A DNA stretch of 57,480 nt. Origin: Mobula birostris (lineage: Eukaryota). Below the pieces are notes generated by a model. It saw only the letters and a program-made list of their open reading frames with translations. It had not been told where the DNA came from and ran no database searches. The DNA lies in NCBI RefSeq assembly GCF_030028105.1, contig NC_092379.1:22607309-22664788 (forward strand). The letters are read 5' to 3'. Both the position numbers and the translations under genes were made by a program. Positions 50,526 through 57,480 of the stretch are shown in pieces (the first letter of the stretch is position 1; each line of letters begins with the position of its first letter).

Positions 50526-50859
50526 TCACTTGCCCGTCACATCCAATAATCTCAGCAAAATGTCAACATGATCCCTGTCCGGACCGGGAGTAGCCGCTTC
50601 CTGGATTTCCATCCCAAACACCGTCCTTGTCTCTTTCTGGCGTGTGAATAAAAGAGGCATTTTCACAGTTTTCCTGTCTGTGGACACCGGCTCCCGCCAT
50701 CTCCCAGAATCAGAGTTGAATCCTTTTTGGCTTTATTTGTCCAGAAATGGACATTTGCGCCCAGTAGTCCGAGTGAGGCTTCAGGGATTTGACTCTGGGA
50801 AGCAGCAATGCGGAATCCGTGGAGACAGACTGCGCTGCAGACGCTCCTTTGTCGGGACC

Positions 50860-50923
50860 AGTTTCTGTTCAGCTCCCCGTCACCGTGCTCCATATCACTG
50901 TGCTTCACCGCAGGTCACAAACC
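50860..50923 (-). other. D2 segment (coding 50888-50895, ATATGGAG) flanked by 12/12 RSSs
   Basis: Plus strand: agtttctgt, 12 nt, caccgtg | 8 nt | cactgtg, 12 nt, tcacaaacc. Confidence 0.88.
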
Positions 50924-51258
50924 GTCTTCATCACACCCAGCCCGAAATCCAGTGGATCCCAGAGCCGGCCAGCGGATTTATTAAACCCTCCCTGTGTGTC
51001 CGGGTGTCCCACACAGCGGGTCTCAATCTCGGCCATCCCAGTGCTGAAGTGGAGATGATATAACCCACCGGGACCTTTCACTGGGCTTCCACTGACAGAT
51101 CCTCCTCGGTGGTCCCGTTCCCTTCCGGACACATCTCCAGTGGAACTTGTACCCACTCCCAGATTATCCACTCGGGGTCTGATTTATATCCACCGATCCC
51201 TTGGTAAAGGCCGGTGGAAGCGCCCGAAGAGCCCGATTTAAAGAGTTTTGTTGCGGTA

Positions 51259-51339
51259 GGTTTGTGTATGGAGGGAGCCGCCATCTCTCACGCTGTGCCA
51301 CCCTGTATAGTCACAGTGATACACCGCCGTACGATAACC
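51259..51339 (-). other. D1 segment (coding 51298-51311, ACTATACAGGGTGG) with 5' 12-RSS and 3' 23-RSS
   Basis: Plus strand: ggtttgtgt, 23 nt, cgctgtg | 14 nt | cacagtg, 12 nt, acgataacc. All three frames are open. Confidence 0.92.
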
Positions 51340-51708
51340 TCCTCCCCTCTCACAGTCTCCCAGCACAGTCACTCCTCAGTCAAACCGCACTGGACACCAA
51401 AGTGTCTCTGATCATTAATGTTCCTCAGAGCCCGACCATTTACTGTCACTTGTAGACGAAGGACCGACACCTGACCAGATCGATCGGTGACCCCATTCCC
51501 ATTCACGGCGCTTGGCTCCGAGCTCCACTCTGAAGTGATCCGTTGAGCCCCTCGGTCCATCCGTCCAGCATCTCTTCTCGGGAATCCCCGCTGACAACCT
51601 GCCTTCCGTTGAGTGGACGAGCGGATGTGGCCCAGAACGACCGGGATACAGCTGTGGCGATCAGTGCAGTCTTTTCCCTCAGCGCCCGAAGGGCGGGCGC
51701 TCTCGCTG

Positions 51709-51747
51709 GGTTTTTGTCCCGGTCCAGTCCCAGTCTCTCTCACTGTG
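51709..51747 (-). other. VH 23-RSS
   Basis: Perfect CACAGTG, 23-nt spacer, ACAAAAACC. Confidence 0.97.
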
Positions 51748-52048
51748 ACTCTCGCACAGTAATAGGTGGCCGTGTCGTCCAGTCTCAGGTTCTTCATTTG
51801 CAGATAAAAGTTGCTGCTGCCCTTTGAAGCGGTGAACCGGCTTTGGACTCCAGGCGCGTAGTACTTGGTGTTACTTTCATCATAGTACGTTACCAGCCAC
51901 TCCAGCCCTTTCCCGGGGACCTGTTTCACCCAGCTCATCCAGTAGCTGTTGACATTGAACCCACTGACCGCACAGGTCAGTCTGTGGGACTGCCCGGGCT
52001 TTACCACCGCTGACTCGGGCTGTGTCAGCACGACGGCGGACCGCACGC
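51748..52048 (-). CDS. IgW: IgW VH segment
   Basis: Acceptor TTTTTTTATTGACAG; reads [52 protein letters not shown]...DTATYYCAR with canonical Cys, Trp and YYC; open frame. Confidence 0.97.
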
Positions 52049-52158
52049 CTGTCAATAAAAAAAGAGCAGAAATTAACAAAATGTTCCGCGGACAGAGGTT
52101 CACAAAGCCTCCGAGAAACAGCCGGCCCCGGGAGGGCGACAAGCCGCGGGACACCCAC

Positions 52159-52204
52159 CTGCCAGACAAGATAGGAGGAGACAGAGATAAGGAACGACCC
52201 CCAT
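52159..52204 (-). CDS. IgW: IgW leader exon ([16 protein letters not shown])
   Basis: ATG at 52204 (in-frame upstream ATG at 52216), hydrophobic signal peptide, phase-1 donor G|GTGGGT, 110-nt intron to the V exon. Confidence 0.9.
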
Positions 52205-52292
52205 CGCCCTGAGCATTGAGCCAGACTTGCACACTTTTGAGATCGGCGGCAGCAGCTCAGGCCGGCTTTGTCCGGAGCCGCAGTGAGCGCTG

Positions 52293-52300
52293 TTTAAATA
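52293..52300 (-). promoter_or_regulatory. TATA-like box of VH promoter
   Basis: TATTTAAA on the minus strand about 90 nt upstream of the leader ATG. I saw no octamer nearby. Confidence 0.5.
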
Positions 52301-52560
52301 GGGACGTGGGCTGTGAGTGAGAGAGGGAGCCGCGGTTTGAACAGGCTCTCACACACTGAAACCAGAGGCGCAGCTTCCTGTCCCCACCCACAGCAGCGAT
52401 TTCAATTCCCCAAAAGATGTTTGTCTCTGCAGCAGGCGGCAGGTCAGCGGCAGTGACCAGATCCGGATTAAAGATCTGTCACACTCTGCTCGATTCAACA
52501 ATTTCAGCGATGAACAGTTTGTGTAAACTGAGACACACAGAATCCCAGCGAGAGAGAATG

Positions 52561-52787
52561 AGAGACACCAGTCAGTGGACAGATATCCCTCTGAGAGACA
52601 GGGACTGAGAAACACCAGTCAGTGGACAGATATCCCCCGAGAGACAGGGACTGGGAGACACCAGTCAGTGGACAAATATCCCACCCCCACCCCCCAGAGA
52701 CAGGGACTGAGAAACACTGGTCAGTGGACAGGGACTGAGAGACACCAGTCAGTGGACAGATATTCTCCTTAGAGACACAGACTGAGA
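52561..52787. repeat. Degenerate about 46-bp minisatellite (about 5 units) upstream of the VH promoter
   Basis: Recurring gagacaccagtcagtggacagatatccc...gagacagggact. Confidence 0.88.
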
Positions 52788-53037
52788 TTGTCTTTGCAGG
52801 AAAATGTATGAAGCAACAAAAAGAGTTACTACACAATCTTCTGACTGCACCCACACCACGAGAATCAATGTTAAACAGAGATTCCTCGTAGAAGTGGGTG
52901 GAATTGACACTTATAAGACATTTTCTTTTTCAGGGACCTGGTACCATGAATTTCACTGCCAACTCCTCAGCAGTTCTCCCCCACCAAATCTCTTCAACCT
53001 GTTTCAGCCGGTGAGAAGAACAGGATGTTTGATGAGG

Positions 53038-53914
53038 TGTTACGTACCCCGTAACTGGGTTGCCAAACCAGCAGAAATGGATCACTCAGTTGGAGTCTGG
53101 ATTACTAGAACTAAGAAAGTTTTATTAAAGAAACAAGCAACACAGTACTCTAATCAAAAGGATAATAAATGCAACAGTTCAGCAATGATAAACACATGTA
53201 CACAGAATTAGGATAACAGGATCAATCAAGCTCTATTGTCGTCTAGCAGGTAACTGACCAGTTTCAAAGTGATGCAAAGTTCAGTTCAATTGAGTTCAGC
53301 TCAGTTCACAGTAATCACTGCCGTGGCAATGGACAGTGGGGAGAAGGAGAGAGAGAGCAAAAACGAATGAATATTCAAACGGTTTCCACACAGACCTTCG
53401 ATATTCTTCGCAGTCAGCTTCCGGGTGAGCCCTTTGTGATGTCTTCTGAGGTCACCGACTGTGACCCCTCCGTTTCCAGATACGATCGTTTCTCTGCAGT
53501 GAACCTGGCACCCAGGCAAGGGCGGACACACACCAGGTTCCCGCCGATCGTACCCTTCCACCCTGTGTGTCTATGGCTTGGTCCCGCGACCAGCCCTCCA
53601 AAACTCCCACCGACTTGTGGGAGGCGCACCGCTTCCAGGGTCTCGTGGTGTCGTGTGTGTCTTGCCTTAGCCAACCTGTCCCTTTTTATCCCCCTGCTGG
53701 GGTATCGCCTGTCCATCACTTCAAACAGTTCAGGGTTCAAAGGGGAGCCGATCTTGACAGCTCTCCTTCCCTTCCTTCATTAACATCTCCAAAAGCTGCT
53801 CCATTGTTTTCCTTATCTCTCTTTCTCCTGAAGACAGGTGGCAGACCAACTGCTGATCCCACTGGTGCCAGCACAGGATAGTTAACATCTTAATCTATGT
53901 GTACTCTCGTCACA
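53038..53914 (-). mobile_element. Solo LTR, 877 bp, with 4-bp TSD GAGG
   Basis: TGTTACG...CGTCACA termini; GAGG at 53034-53037 and 53915-53918; minus-strand AATAAA at 53121-53126. Confidence 0.85.
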
Positions 53915-54739
53915 GAGGGAACTCGGGAGCTGAAGCCACACAACAGGAGAAGTTGTTGTTGCTCGTAACAGGATGCTCCCCAGTAGGTTGGCAGGCAAGT
54001 GTGGCTGAACGGTCCATATCGAAAGAAAGCTGACGGGGGGAGGGTATCCAAGGTGCAGATCAGCAAGGTGGGTAATTCTGTTTTCCCACCCTGGTGACGG
54101 GAGTACTGTGTATCCCAAATCTTGCATCCTCAGTAAAGTATAAACCACATTGACTGGATTACTAATCAAACCAAAGCTCCTCCCTCTCGAGGTGATTTGT
54201 CATCACTCAGCAGCTTTCATGACTCCATGGTAAACCGGAGCAGTTTCTGCAGACAATGAAGTACCTTTTGAAGTGGAGTCTCTGTTGTCATGGAGAGAAG
54301 GTGGAAACCAAATGACACAGAACAACCTCTCTGAAACAGCAATGAGGTGTGGAGATCAGACATTCGGTGATGCTGGTTGAGGGATCAATGTTGGGACAGA
54401 TAGTAGAGAACTTTCCAAACCTTTTATGTCCACCTGATGCAACAACCCCACCATGGCACTAACCAATATGGTGATTTTTTTCCCCTTCAAGATGACCACA
54501 ACCTTGCTGTAGGGTTTGGATGCTTGAGTGCCTCACTGATGCAGAGATCTATGTTGGCTTGAGTCAGGGTCTTGTGCTTTAGGTCTAGGTATGTTCATCC
54601 ATGCTAAACAGGTCAAAGGTTAGAGGCCAGACTAAGAGTGGTCAAGTGTTCCTCCAGGTTCGGAGTTTCAGGTCAGGGTTAATGAACCTGATTCATCAAA
54701 AAGAAAAATTGTTATTGTTTTGAGACGCTCCCAAGCATG

Positions 54740-55030
54740 CCAGCTTCAAGGATTTAGCCACTCTAACTCTCTAGAGTACGGATAGCTGGTTGCAGCCCAT
54801 TTAAAGTTCATGGTGATCGTGCTAATTGGCAATCATGTTTTGGGCACCAAGAATTGAGTATTTAAAGAACATCTGAACTGATGTTCAGTGCTCAATGGTA
54901 AACCCTACTTGTAATATCGTCTAGCATTTGTTTTGTGCTCAGTTCTTGATCCAGTTTGATTCCATGTCTTGATCTTTGCTTCGGATAGTCCAGCATTTGG
55001 GTCCAAACCATCCTCGTCAAGGACTCTCTT
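54740..55030 (+). mobile_element. LTR-like copy related to the Gypsy LTR at 23612-23891
   Basis: The reverse complement of about 54770-54950 aligns by eye with about 23630-23800. Confidence 0.65.
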
Positions 55031-55129
55031 CACAGTTACTGAAACAGCAATGAAGAATCCTTCTACATCTGAGTGTGATGGTGTTTCCTAATCACCACCC
55101 GGGACTTGCATGGCTGACAGTGGTTAAAA

Positions 55130-57030
55130 CTGAGAGGAAGCTAATGGCATGGTGAAGGGAGTGATGAACCTTGGCAAGACCAAGTTTTTTTTGGAATGTA
55201 CAAGCCATGTACAACACTGGCAAGCTTACACAAATAACCACAGTAATGTGTCATTACAGCTAACATACACTGGCATCAGTGAAAGCAGATGGGCAGGGTC
55301 TGGCAGATGAAAGGCAGCAACTGGTGAAACAGTTTTATATTCAGGAAGGGAGGATGGTCAGCGTCATGATGGTGTCGCTGTCATTTTGAAGGACGGCATT
55401 GAGAAGTGCCCGCTGGAGTGAAAACCAACCAACAGTCGGCTGGTGAGAGTCAGGCTGAGAGTGAAGCAAGTGAACATGACTGTGATCCAGTGCTATGCTC
55501 CAAATAACAATGGTGACATTGAAGAAAAGGACATCTTCTACAAACAGCAGGGGTAGAGTTAACACCACGCCATGACATAATCATCATCATGGGAGATCTA
55601 AATGGCAAAGTGGAAAATACAACTCACACTTCACGAGGGTCATGGATACATAAGGATGCAGAACAATCAATAACAATGGTGAAAGACTGGTGGAATTCTG
55701 TGCCATCAACAATCTGGTCACAGGAGGGACCCTCTTTCCACACCATGAACTCCACAAACTGACATGGTGCTCACCCAATGGATGTGACAAGATCCAGATT
55801 GATTGCTTGATGATCAATGGTACATGGAGACAATCCTTGCAGGATGTAAGGGTGAAGAGAGAAGCAGATACAGGAAGTAATCACCACCTTGGTGTAGCAG
55901 TGATAAAACTCAAGCTGAGAAGCACTGGGACCAGAGCTCATGTACAAAGATGTTTTGATGTTGAGAAACTCAGCGATATCAGTGTGATCTGCTGTTACCA
56001 TCAATTTAAGAACAAATTTCAGGTCTTGGTGAAGATGTGACAGTGGACAAAATCAGCACAATGTGGAAACAGACTGTGTCAGTGTTCAACGAGATCAGTG
56101 AGGCTTGTCTACATTACAGAACTGGAAAGAAAAACAGAGAATGGATACAGCAGGAAACATGGATAGCCTTAGAACGAAGATGGAAAGTTAGAGAGAATGT
56201 GTTCAATGCAAAGTCAACACGAATTAAGGTGAAACTTCAATTGGCATTCACTGAAGCTAGCAAGAAAGTGAAGAGCTTCTAAGAATGGATAAGAGAGTCT
56301 ACATGGAAGACCTTGCTTGGTGGCCACAGCAGCAACCTGTCGAGGTGATCAGCAAAATATATACAAGATTTCAAAACTGGTATGTGGGAAGTTCCAAGCC
56401 AGATCCAGTAGCCCCATGAGAGGTAAGAACGGTCTGCTTTTGACAAGAGCACGAAGCACGATGGACAGGGTATTTCAGAGATTTACTGAGTAGACACAGA
56501 GATCCTTGACATCGATGCAGATCCACCCAGGAAAGAAGAGATTGTTACTGTGATTAAATCATTAAGAAACAACAAAGCTCCAGAACATGAGAATTTGAAA
56601 GCTGAACTGTTCAAAGCTGAACCAAAAGTTGCAGCAGTCATCCTGCAGTCACTGTTCATTATAATCTGGGAATGGGGACAAGTGCCCAGAGACTGGACAA
56701 AGGGAGTTAGGATCCCCAAGAAAGGAGCACTAAGTGATTGCAACAACTGGTGTAGCATCACAATTTTGTCTCACCAAAATCATTGTCCAATGGATTACAG
56801 ATGCTGTAGATGTGTGCTTGAAGAAAGAGCAGGTTGGCTTCAGGAGGAATAGAGGCTCAGTCAACCAGATCTTCATGCTGTGTAACATCATGGAGCAGTG
56901 CACAGAGTGGCAGAGACAACTGTACATAAGTTTCATGGACTTTGAAAAGGCTTTTGACAGCATTCACGGGGAAAGCCTCTGCTGAATTCTCAGATCATAT
57001 GTGATCCCTTCCAAAATTGTCCAGCTTATG
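55130..57030 (+). mobile_element. RTE-clade LINE, decayed EN and N-terminal RT
   Basis: IQCYAP, TWCSPNG...QIDCLMIN, SNHHL, LSDCNNW, FMDFEKAFDSI. Confidence 0.8.
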
Positions 57031-57049
57031 TTGAGTTTGTATTTCATAT

Positions 57050-57380
57050 TTGGATCAGGTAAAGTTCTAGTCATTGCATTACAGGAATGATGTGGATGCT
57101 TTGGAGAGGGTGAAGGGTGGATTCAGTCGAGTGTTGTTCGGATTGGAGCATATTAGCTGTAAGGAGAGGTTGCATAAACTTGGTCTGTTTTTGCTGGAGC
57201 ATTGGAGTCTGTGGGATGGACTGACAGAATTATGTAAATTTATCAGAAGCAGAGATAGTCACAGACCTTTTTCTAGAGTAGAAACGTCAAATGCCAGAGG
57301 GCACAGGTTTCAGGTGAGAGGGGAGAAGAATAAATGAGATTTATGAGGCAAAATTGTGGTTGGTATCTGGAATGTGTTGC
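57050..57380 (+). mobile_element. CR1 3' fragment
   Basis: DVDALERV...RLHKLGLFLLE...ARGHRFQVRG. Confidence 0.75.
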
Positions 57381-57480
57381 CAGAGGCATTGACAGCAACA
57401 GATAAGACAAAAAGGTTGATCAATGAAGAACCAAGAGGTCCCAGCAAAACCTATACCGGTCACTGGTGATTAGGTTATTT

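Larger units (their letters stand above)
3317..52216 (-). other. IgW: IgW heavy-chain gene cluster (germline, unrearranged V-D-D-J-C1..C8-TM minilocus)
   Basis: Ordered leader/V/D/D/J with 12/23 RSSs, eight C1-set exons, tailpiece and TM exons, all on the minus strand with compatible splice phases. The V start ([21 protein letters not shown]), C1 and the six-domain secretory form fit IgW rather than IgM (4 C) or IgNAR (NAR-type V). Confidence 0.9.

Noticed and set aside
50974-51050. Third D segment around cacagcg at 51012
   Set aside because: No nonamer at 12 or 23 nt on the right, and no correctly spaced heptamer/nonamer on the left.
51369-52232. 287-aa ORF as a single protein
   Set aside because: It is read-through of leader intron, V exon and RSS; the real coding parts are the spliced leader and V.
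1-57480. Remaining short ORFs in the track as host genes
   Set aside because: They are antisense or off-frame shadows of Ig exons, retroelement fragments or low-complexity sequence.

Overview
Eukaryotic DNA from a cartilaginous fish (a ray is my inference from the repeat landscape). The window holds one complete, unrearranged, apparently intact IgW-type immunoglobulin heavy-chain minilocus on the minus strand (about 52216 down to 3317). Order: leader, VH-RSS23, RSS12-D1-RSS23, RSS12-D2-RSS12, RSS23-JH, C1, C2, a decayed Cys-rich exon, C3, C4, C5, C6 with secretory tailpiece and polyA, two further intact C exons (C7/C8, paralogues of C3/C4), TM1, and a candidate TM2 (VQQ-stop plus AATAAA) 26 kb further on. 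All C-exon boundaries were read by hand and are phase-1 GT-AG. The most striking feature is C7/C8 lying 3' of the secretory terminus, so they can only be reached by skipping C6. This could give membrane (or alternative secreted) IgW its own constant domains. The rest is mostly nested, decayed retroelements: CR1, Rex1/Babar, I/Nimb, RTE, Penelope, Gypsy and solo LTRs. Transposon boundaries are approximate unless a target-site duplication is given. No database search was run; family names come from motif recognition.
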